A stretch of DNA of 64,000 bases from Rhynchobatus australiae (GCA_034780895.1 JAUZTB010000002.1:47275016-47339015); one strand, 5' to 3'. Positions 25,746 to 39,079 are shown, counted from the stretch's first letter. Translations and numbers: made by a program. The notes: generated by a model not told the origin, from the letters alone.

Positions 25746-26799
25746 CACCTTGTGTTACAACTTTAAGTTTGGCACTTCATTTTTAGATATTCCAGCTGCT
25801 CTTCTGGCATGGCCTTGTATCATTGATCCATTTAGATGCCCAATAGTGGAAGATATTAAAAAAAGAGCTAGATTCTTTGCACTAAAGGTTGTGTTCTTGA
25901 AAAAAACTTTTTGATGTTGTGACTACCAGAGAAATTTCAAGGTGCAAGATGAGAAACTACTTAGTAGATGATACTTCATGTAAGAGTAGCTTAATTAGTT
26001 AAAACCTGTTCTTTTTAATGAAGAGTTATCCTCAAAAGCTGACAATAACAAGTGGAATGAAGAAATGAGAAAATCAAAAACTGAAAGTGAATTTTAAAGA
26101 GCAGACGTAGGAAATAAATTGTTGAAGGCTGCTTATATCAATTGCACATAGAACTTCTGTTAATATAAGTATTTGCTAATTTATCCTTCCATCAGAATAT
26201 TTATGTGAATTGTGAATTGCTAAAATAGTTTACATTTGATACTTAGTGTTAANNNNNNNNNNNNNNNNNNNNNNNNNNNNNNNNNNNNNNNNNNNNNNNN
26301 NNNNNNNNNNNNNNNNNNNNNNNNNNNNNNNNNNNNNNNNNNNNNNNNNNNNGTTTACATTTGATACTTAGTGTTAATGTACAGAGTATGTTTGGTTGAT
26401 GATTAATAAGGAAATATTAATGGTGTGATTAGTTAATAAACAGCTTCAAGTTCATAATTTCCCAATTAACTGCTATATCTAGAATGACATAGAATGTAGA
26501 GCACAGAAACAGACCACTCAGCCCAATACCAGTGCTTATGTTCCACATTAACCTACTCCTACACCCCTTTATTTCACCCTTTCATTATTAGTACATCCAC
26601 TGAGTACCTTATCCCTCCTGTACTTAGAATATTTACTACTATATATTACCATGCATCTGTGCTTGGGACTCCATCCAGAGGAAAGAAACATTAACCAAGG
26701 GAAGGGAGATGGGTGCAATTTCAATATTGTCAAACCAGAGCTTTATGGATTATACCTTGAGGCCTTGTATTTTGTTGCATTTAGTAGGTTGACTGTGAT

Positions 26800-27592
26800 C
26801 TAATTGGTAAATTCATTTATTATTGTTACATGTACTGACGTACATGAAAAACATTGTTTTTCATGCCATCCATACAGATAATTTCATTACAACTGTGCTT
26901 TGAGGTAGTAAAGGGGAAAATAATAACAGAAAGCAGTATAAAGCATTACAGTTACAGAGAAGGTATAGCACAGGCAATCAATAAGGTGTGAGACCAAAAC
27001 AAAGTAGATTGTGAGGTCAACAGTCCATCTTATCATATTTAGGGGACCATTCAATAACTTTATAACAGCGGGATAGAAGCTGTCCTTGAGCATGGTGGAA
27101 TGTGCTTTCAGGCTTTTGTATCTTCTGCCGGACAGGAGGGGAGAGAAGAGAGAATATCAAGGGTGGGTGGGGTCTTTGACTATGTTGGCTACTTTACTGA
27201 GGCAGCAATAAGTATAGACAGAGTCCATGAAGGGCAGGCTAGTTTCCATGATGTGCTGAGCTGTGTCCACAACTCTCTGCAGTTTCTAGTAGTCTCAGGC
27301 AGAGCAGTTGCCATATCAATAGGATGCTTTCTATGGTGCATCGATAAAAATTGGTGAGGGTTAAAGAAGCCTCCTGAGGAAGTAGAGACATTTGTGCACT
27401 TTCTTGGTCATGGTGTCTACATGGTTGGACCAGGACAGTATATTGACGTTCGCCCCCAGGAACTTGAAGCTTTCAACCTTTTTGACCTCAGCACCGTTGA
27501 TGTAAACAGGAACACCCCTCTTCCTGAAGTCAATGACCAGCTCTTTTGCTTTGCTGACATTGAGGGAAAGGTTGATGTCATGACACCATGCT
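26800..27592 (-). mobile_element. Rex1/Babar-type LINE 3' fragment
   Basis: Reverse complement colinear with 59200-60040 (LKDSFYPAVI.LLN, KTKELVIDFRK). Confidence 0.85.
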
Positions 27593-28467
27593 GCTAATCT
27601 AGCAATGATAAAAGGACTCTGCAGAACAAATACAAATCAGTTATTTTCTCTGGTGAGAGAATCAAGAATAAGGTCATACAATCATAAAATTGACTTCTGC
27701 CATTCTGGAAGGAAATTTTGAAATACTTTATCTGCACAAAGTGTAGTGGAGAGCTGGATTTTGTAACCTAGAAAGCTGTGGCTGCCAGAGCAATTTAAAT
27801 CTTCAGAAGAGAAATTGATAGATTTTTTCTTGGATAAAAGTCCAACCTCAATAAGTAGAGTTGAAATCACAATCGTCTATGATCAAATAAATGGGAAAAC
27901 CATCTCAAGGAGACAGTTTTGCTCCTGTTCCTTTGCTTCTTCATTGGGTGCCTCTCGCTTAAACTGCACACTCTCTGCAAAGATTAGCCTTGGAGAGCGC
28001 CTGTGGCTAGCAGCCCAGCTTTAACAGAGCGGGTGGTGGTTTTGTGCAAATTGTTAACAAAATAAAATGGTAAATGTAAAACCGTTAGAGCCGGCCAGAA
28101 TTTTGTGCAAACAAATTTTCCAGGACTTGAGTGATAATTCTCCAGAAGGCTCCTAAATGAGGACTTGGAGACTTGCCTAGTTCTTTGGAACTAAAGTTTA
28201 GCTCTCCACAGCTTTCTTTCATATTTTATTTTGAGCCCTGCTTGCCAAAGATGGTGAAAGCCTTTGAATTATATCCTCAGTTTTCATATCATGTGGATTA
28301 AAAAGCCATCATCATTTTGATATAGTCACTTAATCAGAGCTTGTAAATGAAATATGCTGTTATTGTTAATTCATCATAAACATTAAATATAGAGGGTGGT
28401 TTGGGGGCATCTTAATTTATATGCCTTGCCCTATTTTACACTTTGTTGAACCTTCTCGTGTACTGGA

Positions 28468-28634
28468 TGTCATGGTTCTGAGTACTGGCCCTCGATTTGG
28501 CTCCTTCGATGCCTTGTTGTACAGCACATGGATTCCATGCTGATTGCATAACGACACACACCTGAGCCCCATCAGAGGCCTAGCATAAGTACCTGGGTTT
28601 CTCTAGCACTAGTTGCCAGAGTATTGGTCAACCT
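28468..28634 (+). mobile_element. LTR family A, copy 1 (cut by gap)
   Basis: Starts TGTCA; highly similar to 29684-29857. Confidence 0.75.
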
Positions 28635-28734
28635 NNNNNNNNNNNNNNNNNNNNNNNNNNNNNNNNNNNNNNNNNNNNNNNNNNNNNNNNNNNNNNNNNN
28701 NNNNNNNNNNNNNNNNNNNNNNNNNNNNNNNNNN

Positions 28735-29363
28735 TGCTTACGTCAACAGAAGATAAAGAACGTCATGACGCTGTTGTTGAAACAACCAGTCGGAGTCAGT
28801 CTGAAGGAGAGAGAGACAGAAGAACGAGAGTGAGACACCAACCTGCTTGTTTTCTCTGTCGATGGATGAGAAACAATAACTGCCTGTCCCTGCAATCCAC
28901 GTATGGATTGTTGAGAGTAATCTGGTGGAAAACAGGTATTTGGTGTGGATGACCACGGCACGAATGCTCTAGGGTGTGGCAGACATGTTGAAATGAAGGA
29001 GTGGAGTTCGCTTGGTTGTTGACCTGTAGAAGGAAACAGGTAGTTGGTGTGGACGGCCACGATACTCTCTATTGTCTCTCTCTGCATCTACATTTATCTC
29101 CAGACAACGGTGGTTGTTGAAGAAGCTTTTACTCATGTTTCACCTTATGGCTTGCTGAGCTAAACTTTAAGAACCATTCCTGGACGTGGAGTTTGGGAAT
29201 TTGCCACACACACATGACAAGTTTAGTTAGCTTTTGGGAGTTCATGTTCAGGGTTTAACATTCTAACATTTTTACTTTTATTTTACTTATTATCATAAGT
29301 AGTTATTAATAAAGTAGTTTTATACATGTCTCGGTGTGTTTCTTTTGTTGCTGGTACGTAACA
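28735..29363. mobile_element. Probable solo LTR, family B (start hidden in gap)
   Basis: Non-coding, internal direct repeats ('ggaaa.caggta.ttggtgtgga.g.ccac'), AATAAA near 29310, ends 'tggtacgtaACA'. Confidence 0.55.
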
Positions 29364-29454
29364 CTATCTTTACATGTGACAATAATGAAGCAATACCAAC
29401 ACCAAGTACTTGCAGTGGAGTACTGTGTAGGTGCAACAATGTCAGACCTGCCAG

Positions 29455-29655
29455 AACATTTTTACACAGAGAGTAATGGGTACCTGGAATGTGCTGCCAG
29501 GGGCGGTGGTGCAGGCAGACACATTTGAGGTGTTTAAGAGGTTCTTAGGTAGGCACATGAATAGGCAGAGAATGGAAAGATATGGACCATGTGCAGGCAG
29601 AAGGGATAAGGTGACCATAGCTTAATTAGTTTGGCACAACTTTTCCTGGTCTCTG
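29455..29655 (+). mobile_element. CR1 3' fragment
   Basis: FTQRVMGTWNVLPG. Confidence 0.85.
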
Positions 29656-29683
29656 TATTGCAGCTCAGAGGTGCAGCTAGTAG

Positions 29684-30094
29684 TGTCATGGTTCCGAGTA
29701 CTGGCCCTCAGTTTGGCTCCTTTGATGATGCCTTGTTGTCCAGCACATGGATTCCATGCTTGACCGTTTGCATAATGACACACACCTGAGCCCCATCAGG
29801 GGCCTAACATAAGTACCTGGGTTTCTCTAGCACTAGTTGCCAGAGTATTGGTTAACCTTTGGGTATACTTTGACTCTGGGCTGCTTAGAGTGGTCAACTC
29901 TAGAGCAGTCCTGTGTTCTCTGTTCCTGTTTGAATATCCAGTTCATGCTGGGATTCCTTCTCAGATCTCCAAGGCAAGATTCCTTCCAGTTGCTGCCCTT
30001 GTCTGGTCCTGAGGAAGTATCCTGACTCCAGTCTTGTACCAGTGTGCCACATTTGGGTTCTCTGTGAGTTTGCTCTTTGCTCAACACTGTGACA
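29684..30094 (+). mobile_element. LTR family A, complete copy (411 bp)
   Basis: Inverted termini TGTCA...TGACA; non-coding; duplicated at 28468. Confidence 0.8.
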
Positions 30095-30224
30095 TTGGAC
30101 TATTGATGTATTTTTTTTGTATTAATCATTCTGGGCTTCCAAAAATCCTGAAGAGCTTTTCCTGTAAGTTTTAAAAATGATCTGGTGGTGTGCATTTAAG
30201 CTAACCATAGTCATGGTAAATTGT

Positions 30225-30522
30225 CCAGTCACGGTAGTGTAGTGGTTAGTGTAACACTATTACAGTGCCAGAGACTGGGGTTCAATTCCTGCCGCTGTCT
30301 ACAAGGAGTTTGTATGTTCTCCCCCTGTCTGTGTAGGTTTCCTCTGAGTGCTCCGGTTTCCTCCCACATCCCAAAGGCGTATAGGTTAGGAAGTTGTGGG
30401 CATGCTATGTTGACGCCAGAAGTGTGGCGACACTTGTGGGCTGCTCCCAGAACATTCTATGCAAAGATGCATTTCACTGTTTGTTTTGATGTACGTGTGA
30501 CTAATAAAGAAATCTTATATCT
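30225..30522 (+). mobile_element. tRNA-derived V-type SINE with Rex/Babar-like tail
   Basis: A/B-box-like head ('tagtgtagtgg', 'ggttcaattcc'), V-core 'gtgctccggtttcctcccacat', tail 'tttcactgt...gtgactaataaag'; four full copies in the window. Confidence 0.9.
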
Positions 30523-32449
30523 TCTGGTGTTATTTAGTAGAGTTCATTTTCTCTACAAGATCACCATTCAAATCTATTGTTTGCAGACTGCTTCAAAAGA
30601 CTGAAGTCTCCATTAATTGAACTGCAGCTTTGAAGCTTTTATAAATGATAACTTTTTACCATACTGCCAGCATGGTAACAGCAATCTAAATAAAATGCCT
30701 TGCCAGTTATTTAGTCTTCAGTGTATTATCTGCCTTTTAAAAAGCTGGAGAAAGATATTTCCAATGCCAACATATTTGGTGAATTATCAATATAACAGCA
30801 CATTTCATTCTGTCTTTTAACGTACACGAACCTGATCCCCTTGGCACATGATCNNNNNNNNNNTGTCTTTTAAAATAACTAAAATCAGAATGATTTTATC
30901 CTTTTTAACAGGTCACATAATTTAGCCAGAATACATGTGCATAGTATATTACATGCATGTGTAGTCTTTGGGTGACACTTTCATGTTGTAATTTGCATTT
31001 ACCCATGACAAATCAGGCCCAGTTGGCCTTCAAGTGACAAACATTTTCTCAAACTATTTCCTGCTTTCACATAATTAAACATCACACATTAGAAACAGAA
31101 ACTGGAAATTCTCAATACTTATTTTCATTGGAAAATTTTTACCTTTTGTAATCCAAGTTCTCTTTGAAGATTAGTATTTCACAATCTAAGCTCCAGCAGG
31201 ATAGTAATTTTGGTTTATTTTGAGAGTCCCATGATTGTAGAAATATGGTTTCTATTTTCACACAAAATAACTTCTATGACACTCAGAATTATACATTTGA
31301 ATGAAAATTATGCAACAGATGTTACAGAACAAACTTTCTTTTATAAAAGATAGTGTGGATTTTTAATATCGCACTGGCTTTGTACTTGAATGGTTTATTG
31401 AAACAGTTCAAAACTTTCAGAAGTTAAATCTCATGAATAGATTTCAGCTGAACTGAAGATTGTAGGAAAATTGCAATTAAAAGTCATCACAATACAAATG
31501 TGATCATGTTTTGCAGATGACTTGATTGGTTCTGGCTGGGTGATTAAGCTCTGCTGTATATTTTGTGCCTGATATCTGCCTTTACAGTATTGCTGCACTA
31601 GCAGACAAGGGAAAGTTTCGATGTTAAAAGAATAATACTCAAGCTTTTGGAAGACCAAGAAGTTGGCTTTCATCAAATTTATTATTTTCAAGAGTCTTAA
31701 GGGTGACCCTTGTGGTGCCACCTCATAGTTATCGATGCAAGTAATAAGCACGTCAGGAGAATGTAGGAGGAATTGCTGCCATTTTAATTTGTCTTTCCTC
31801 ATCAATATTTCANNNNNNNNNNNNNNNNNNNNNNNNNNNNNNNNNNNNNNNNNNNNNNNNNNNNNNNNNNNNNNNNNNNNNNNNNNNNNNNNNNNNNNNN
31901 NNNNNNNNNNNNTTTCCTCATCAATATTTCACAACAGAAGTCTGCCTTTTTTTAGAGATTCCATGAAGTCATCAGTAATATAACACTCTGCTCATCAGTT
32001 CCAGTGTCGTCCAGGGCCACTTTCCGATCTGATCTGTTGTAAAATATGACTGAAACCTATGGCACAAATCAATAAGGTATTTTCCACAAATGAAGAGCAA
32101 GTAATTTGGGATGACCTGATGATTTTTGACAGATAAAACTGAAGATGCAAGCTCCCTTTGAGCTTGCCTGAACTTCTTTGATGCTGTTGGTCAGCCTCTG
32201 CTTGAGTAAGAATGTCAGTCATGACAGTGTGCCATTCTGAGCTGTCTGGACCTCACTAACCACATGGAAGGACCCATAGTTTCAAATCAAATTTATAATT
32301 TGCCATTTCCAAATAACTGCTGGTTCAACAGAATCACAACCTTCGGCGTGTCACCTGAAAAGGTAATAATAATACCAGAACAATAACATCATTTTGTATG
32401 TGTAAGTATCTTTTTTTTAATCAGAATGGATGTGTGTGCAGGACTTTGG

Positions 32450-33277
32450 ATTTACCTGGTGGCATGAACATCGAATTATCCAACTTCCAGTAACTGCTCC
32501 CCTTCTGTCCCTTTTCTCTCTCCTCCTGACCTACCTAGCCCTCCTCACCCTGTCTCTTTCCCCTCCTCCACCCTTTCCATCTGCCCCTCACCCACACACT
32601 CCTCCCACTGGTCCCCCTCCCCAACTACACCCTTCTGCCTCCCCCCNNNNNNNNNNNNNNNNNNNNNNNNCCCTTTATTCCAAGCTCTACCTTCCTCTAC
32701 TATCAGATTCTATCATCTTCGACCCTTTGTCGCCTCCACCTATCGCTTCCCAGGTTCTGGCACTATAAGATAAGATTTCTTTATTAGTCACATGTACAGC
32801 GAAACAGAGTGAAATGCATCTTTTGCATAGTGTTCTGGGGGCAGCCCACAAGTGTTGCCACACCTCCAGTGCCAACATAGCCTGCCCCCAAATTCCTAAC
32901 CTGTATGCCTTTGGAATCTGGGAGGAAACTGGAGCACCCAGAGGAAACCCACGCAGACACAGGGAGAGAACATACATACAAACTCCTTACAGACAGTGGC
33001 CGGAATTGAACCTGGGTCATTGGTGCTGTAAAGTGTTACGCTAACCGCTACACTACTCCCACTTTCCCCTTCCCCACCTGTCTATCACCCCCTCACCTCA
33101 CCTAGATCCATCTGTCACCTGCCAGCTCTTGCTCCACCCCTCCCCTCACCTCTTTATACTGGCTATCTCCCATCTATCTTTCAGTCCAAGCAAAGGGTCT
33201 CAACCCGAAATGTCGACTGTCTACTTCCCTCCAGAGATGCTGCCACACCTGTTGATTCCTCCAGCTTTTTGTGTGTT
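32450..33277 (+). mobile_element. Penelope-like element 3' end (ORF C-terminus, pyrimidine-rich UTR, pseudo-LTR)
   Basis: PGGMNIELSNFQ* typical of the GIY-YIG C-terminus; hammerhead-like scaffold at 33182-33219; SINE nested inside. Confidence 0.75.
32766..33056 (-). mobile_element. V-type SINE (family of 30225)
   Basis: Reverse-complement match to 30225-30522. Confidence 0.9.
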
Positions 33278-34199
33278 TTAAATTTGCCATCTTTTGGCAG
33301 GGCATCAGCACTTGTTTTCTTAATATTTAGGGAAGAAACATGCTTGTGGGTGCCCATGGCATCACATTAATTATATTTTTGGATAACTATTTGGGCAGAT
33401 TATAACCCCGCTGCCTCCTGTCCCACCCTGCACCTCATTCATCCAGCATAACTACTACTCAATAGGCCTCATTCATTACGGCTTGTCTTATTTTACTTCA
33501 GCAACCATTTATAAAATAATTCACAAAATTAGCTCATTACGAGTAAAAAAAAAGGAGAAACAACCTAAATTAGAAACAGATCAGTCATTGACACCTTAAA
33601 CAAGAAAACAATTTCAATGCACTCTTAGTAATCATTGCCTTATGTTAGATTGTTGACAATGCCATTAACTGAGAATTTTATAAATCGTATAGGATCGAAA
33701 AACATATTGAGACAGAAATTCTATCAGCAAGCACTTGATGTCTAAGTGCTAGGCAAGTAATTTATTCTACTAAATCAATTGTGACCCATGAACATGGTCA
33801 AATACCACACATAGTGCTTAATGGAAGCTTTGTTCAGGCATTTCCATGGAAGTGATAAGCTTAGGGCACGGAATACAGAGATGGTTGAAGTCAATTCTTG
33901 TGCAATGTGCAATTGGAAGCTTGCCTGTGAAACTCCATCAAGGAGATGCAATTCAGGCATAGGAAAGCGGGCCTTTATATCAGGGTCAGTCATTACACCT
34001 GTGCTATTTAAAAAACAAATCAAATATTTGCAGCATTTCTGGGGAGTCTTTTGAAGCAGAACTGGTTGGAGTGAGACCCAAAGGTACTTCAAGCAGTAGA
34101 CATCCGGGTCTGTTCACAATGTCATTTATTTTCTGCGTTAAGTATGTGTGCTCTGCTAGTGGTCTCCTGTGCCTGTACAAAGAGAGGGCCCAAAGGCAA

Positions 34200-34905
34200 A
34201 GGCATCTTGGCGGAGGAGACCAGGGGATGTGGGGAAGGGGGACTCCTGCTAGGACAGCCTATTGCCTGGGATTCTATAGGGAGCGAATGCTTCTACCTGC
34301 AGCTCACCCAGAGGTTAAAGATTTCTGCATCAATGGTGACTGAGGTCTGTGGCATTGTGCATATAGAGTCATCATCACACTGAACTTCATAGTCTCCGAT
34401 CATTCCAGGAAGTGGTGGATGAGTTATCCCGCATCTTCCAACTTAAGCACACTGATGCTATCAACTCAAGGGAAAATGTATTTCTCTTCCTCACTGAGTA
34501 AAGAGGTGCAGAATTCCAGAGCGCATAAATTGCTGGAATTCAAGAGATGAGAAACTAGTGCTTAAATGGTTCTTTGATCTGTCATGAGAACCCAGAGCTC
34601 TGTGTGAATTTCAAAAGCCGTAGCTGCTTGAACACAAACTAAAATTCCTCATGGTGAGTACCATATATCTGGGAAAACTGCATGATTCTCATCTTTGAAC
34701 AGTCTGCAGTGCAACTCTTCCTCACTTATTTCAGCCATTGTGCTTGATGAAGAGCTGGCTCTGGAGGCCATGAGCTAACATCTCCTGCCCAATCCAGGCT
34801 TCTGGTCATCTCACAGAATAATGTTACAACTGGAGCCAAGGTGCCACTGGGAGACCAATGTAGAAAGCCAATGGAGACTGCAAAGACCACTTTCCTTTGG
34901 GTTAC
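34200..34905 (+). pseudogene. Degenerate Harbinger transposase
   Basis: YRER..FYLQLTQRLKISASMVTEVCGIV..ITLNF..SFQEVVDELSRI..TDAINSRENVFLF..IAG..LMVSTIYLGKLHDS. Confidence 0.7.
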
Positions 34906-35064
34906 TTATACTTCACAGGGAAACCTCCACCTGAGTCTTAATGAGAATTCATGCTACCTGAGTAGTAATGTGTCCTGTGCACGAAACTGTTGAACAAAGT
35001 TTTCATTAAGAATGATGTTTGGTACTTAACAACGTTTGCAGTTTGTGATGGCATTAGCAAAATA

Positions 35065-35322
35065 CAGGTGACCCCCAAATGCAGGTGGGTTTGTGTTCCT
35101 AGAAATGGTGTGTATCGTGATTTTCCATAACGTGAAGCCACATCATCTGCGCAACCGTCAAGAAATGCAAGTTGAAAAAAGAATAAATTTTGTATTTCTT
35201 TCTCTTTTTTTTTTACATAAATAATGTAAGAGGGAGTTTTATTCCGTAGCTCAAACTTCCTGTGATTTGTGAATTCTGTGACGGCAAATTTCAGGTATCT
35301 GTAACGTAGCATGGGTGTCGCC
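35065..35322. mobile_element. Tc1/mariner-type MITE remnant
   Basis: TA|CAGGTGACCCC at left and GGGTGTCGCC at right form imperfect TIRs; right end eroded. Confidence 0.5.
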
Positions 35323-35384
35323 AATAAATTACCCACAATCAAAGATTATCCAATCTCCACGAAATAAGATCTGGTGATTTTTTA

Positions 35385-35500
35385 AAAATTGCAGATGCTG
35401 GAAAATCTGAAATAATATGTTCTGTTGAAGCTCTATTTCTCTTTCAACAGATGCTGCCTAACCTGCTGAGTGTTTCAGTATTTTCTGTTTTTATTTAAGA
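35385..35500. mobile_element. Penelope pseudo-LTR pieces, inverted
   Basis: 'tgcagatgctggaaaatctgaaataa' followed by opposite-orientation 'cagatgctgcctaacctgctgagt'. Confidence 0.6.
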
Positions 35501-36676
35501 TATAGTTCAATGGGTATGGGCAACACTGATTACAAAGTCAGCATTGATTATCCACTTCAATTTGCCCAATGTAGGGTTAATCACATTGTTGTCTATCAAG
35601 ATCCTACAGAGGCCCTGAAGGCATCATCAGAGTTGAAGAATTTAATGACAATCCTGTGGCTTTATGGCTACCATTGCAGATGCTAGTTTTTTAATACAAG
35701 ATTTATTAAAATATTTGAACTTAAATTCTGACTGCAGTGGTGGAATTCAGGCTTAAGTGTCCAGATCAATAACTGAGGTTTCTGGAGAGTAGTCCAATAA
35801 TTTAATCGTCATACTCTTCACAATTCTGTTGCTAACTCTTCAATCTTCTGCGTACCTGTGAGTCTGTATTCCAAATGCTTTGCATGGCTCCTATTACTGT
35901 ACAGTGTTGCCACAATGACAGCAGCCAAGTTGGTAGATGGGTGTCCTCTCACAATGGGGGAAGCTACAGGTGGCCACAAAAGAAACATTGAGTAGTTCTG
36001 ACTGAGACTGCTTAGCTTGGGACTTCATTGTCTTAGATGAGTGGCACCATTCTGAGCCTCTGAAAATGGAATGATCTTCCTCTCACATGCTTCTGCTTGC
36101 GCCCTTTTGCAAAGGCTGGGAAAAGTGAATATGTTTCTGTGTGACTGAATGAAATGGTTACCCATGGTTAAAGAGCTGCAGGTGTATGTGAGGCCTGAAC
36201 TCTGGGGGAGTGATGGAGCAGCAGTAAACATGCAATGTGATTGATGTTGTGTTGTCACATGGGATTTGTGGCTATCTCAACAACCTTAACTAGCTTAGTG
36301 TGATCATTAAACTAAATTTGTTGCCTAGAGTAGGCCGCTGGATCTCATTCTGATTTGCTGCTTTGTTTAGGCCCAGGAGGTCATACTGTGACCTCTGATG
36401 TACAGAACATCCAGCTGTCAACCTCTTCTGCAAGGATGCCAGGGTTAAGGCCCATGCCTATTCCTCTCTTTTCCAGCTCCTGTGCAGCCAGAGAGTTGCA
36501 CTGTATTAGAGCTGCTGTGCAGTGACTTTCATCAGGAGTGGGATTGAGCAGTCAAATTTCCTTAAGAGCTGGAGCTCTGAAAGCAGTCCATACAGGTTGA
36601 GTTCAATGGATGCATCGTGTGACTGTACAGCTGATGACTTTTCATCTGTATAGAGGCCACAGGCCTTGAGGCAATA

Positions 36677-36964
36677 AAGATAAGATTAGATTTATTTATT
36701 AGTCACATGTACATCGAAACACACAGTTTGTGTAGAGTGTTCTGGGGCAGCCTACAAGTGTCGCCACACTTCCGGCACCAACATAGCATGCACACAGCTT
36801 CCTAACCCGTACGTCTTTGGAATGTGGGAGGAAACCGGAGCACCTGGAGGAAACCCAGGCAGACATGGGGAGAACGTACAAACTCTTTACAGACAGTGGC
36901 CAGAATCAAACCTGGGTCGCTGGCACTGTAATAGAGTTACACTAACTGCTACACTTACCATGCC
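36677..36964 (-). mobile_element. V-type SINE (family of 30225)
   Basis: Reverse-complement match to 30225-30522. Confidence 0.9.
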
Positions 36965-37989
36965 TGTGCTAGATTCATTCCTTATGAACATTACAATTCA
37001 CAAGTTCATAGAATCCCCTCCAATTATCTACCAATTGTACTGAGGAACTGAAACTGAGGTTTATCCATTTATTTTCTCGCAGGTCAAATTTGATTCATGA
37101 GTCCATATTGAACAACTTCCGATAGGAGATGGCACACAAATTGCTTTTATTTCATTTTCTTTATTTAAAAAATATACCATGTAGCAAATAAAAGATTTAA
37201 ACACAAAAATTATGTAAATGCTACTGAGTCTGCATCCAGGCTTACTGGACATTGTATAATTCAACAGAACAGAGTTGGCATCTGAGTTTATTTTAATTTA
37301 AATTATCCAAAAATAGGGGAAGGAACTGGACACTGAGCCAGGAAGACAGAAGTTAGGCAAGGAAGCTTGGTTGAAAGGATTGCATTTGTGAAAGTTTTCA
37401 GTGAGGTGGACAAATCAAGGAGTTCAGGTAATATCTCTGTACTCTCCAGTGAGAGCTGATGCCGCACATACCAAATGGAAAATTTGCACTGGACGCCTAA
37501 TACCTTGGGTAATGTTGCCACAGTTCCCAGAAAGTCGATCGCTTGAGAACCACCCTCATTATAAGTCTATGACATCTTTGTAACTTAAGTTGCTGGTATT
37601 CACAACTGCCTGGAAATTCATCCCCCTTTGGCTGAGCATTCTGCTCGACTACCAAATTTGGCTCTGTTGACTTCACTTCAATTGGAGGGAAAAGTGTTAT
37701 AAACAGTTCCACTGAAATTAGACTTCAAGGAATTTTCAGATGCTAAATCGGTGCCATAGTTCTGCAAAATTAGCAGAAAACACATTTTTAAATAGCGCCA
37801 GGGTGAATTACACCTGGAATTATGCAGTAAAACAGGACCTACACTGTTTCACAAGGTACATAACCCAATCTAGTGGACCGGAACACTTGCTGCACACAAA
37901 TCCCTCAAGGACTTCAGGCCTTAAAGGTACACTCCTCAGCAAACACAAATAACAGCAACACACACAGACAGCAAGAGTGTAAAAATAGA

Positions 37990-38900
37990 GAGGCTGCAGG
38001 GAGAGAGAGAGATCTCCTTTGTTCTCCTTCTGTGATTTACAAGTGGTAATTAATGCCCTAGTTGTAAGGAGGGAGGTAGGTCCTGTGTTCTGGGGGCTGG
38101 AAAACCTGACAGGCCTGCCATTAGCAGGGCCTGCAGAAGGTGTCTGAGGTAGTCACTGGTTGCAGCGACCATTCCTGTATCTTGGAGCAACCCCTCATAA
38201 GTTACTCACNNNNNNNNNNNNNNNNNNNNNNNTCTCATAGCACTCCAATGCCACAATCCCTACTCAGAGGTCAAGCACTAAAGCAGAAATATATGACAAA
38301 TAAAGGATCCTTTATCCTTTCCATTTAGGCAAAAGTTGTCAGGAATAGATGGAACGACCCCATAGGAAGCAGTGAATCATTGAGTAGGAGTTAACAGTAC
38401 AGAGACAAGGCCACAAGGTTTTGGACATCTGGGAGGGCAGGAGATGCAGAACCTGAGTTTGTCAGCAGTGTACAACCCAACAAAGCTGAAGGGTACTGCA
38501 TCACCCAGAGACCCCCTGGATGTAGCATCTCATGTCTTATCGTCCTATGTGTTTTGTCTCTGCAGGGGCCTAAAATTACCCTCACTGAAAGGAGGAAGAT
38601 GGTATGGGCAGGTGGAGATGGAGAGGGCACTGGATGAAGAAGACTGAGAGGTTGTTCAAGGGAGGGGAGGAGACTCAGGGGCATAGGAGAAGGAGAGAAG
38701 AGGAGCCCCAGAGGGACAGGGGAGCATTCAACAGAGGAGCAGAGGTGGAAGAACACTTGAGGGAGGGGGAACAGGGGAAGAAGAAGAGAATAGTACAGGT
38801 TTTCACACTTCTACACTGTCCCTAATGTGCCACAGAAGCAGCTCAGACACTGAAACCATCAGGAATGAGAATGTTAGTATAGGTGGATGTGTGTCACTTG
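37990..38900 (+). pseudogene. Degenerate Harbinger Myb/SANT-like gene (multi-exon)
   Basis: PSFCDLQVVINALVVRREV..GKPDRPAISRA..KVSEVVTGCS; acceptors 'cctttccatttag' (38328, then AKVVRNR) and 'ttttgtctctgcag' (~38565). Confidence 0.55.
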
Positions 38901-39079
38901 GTGATGCAGCAGAATCAGCAGGCTGCACATAGAGACTCAGGCACAGGGCTTTGGGTGAATTGAGTGGATATGTTCATGTGGGAGGGATGCAGTGTTGAGT
39001 GAAGGATTGTGAAGGGAAGAGACAGAGCACATTCATCATAGTTTGCTGAGAACTGTGTGAGAACAGATGCTTCCGACAA

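Noticed and set aside
30231-30300. tRNA gene candidates at SINE heads
   Set aside because: tRNA-like A/B boxes continue into SINE core and tail; no full cloverleaf.
35900-36675. Possible Myb partner of the 34200-34905 transposase
   Set aside because: Position fits, but I could not recover convincing motifs.
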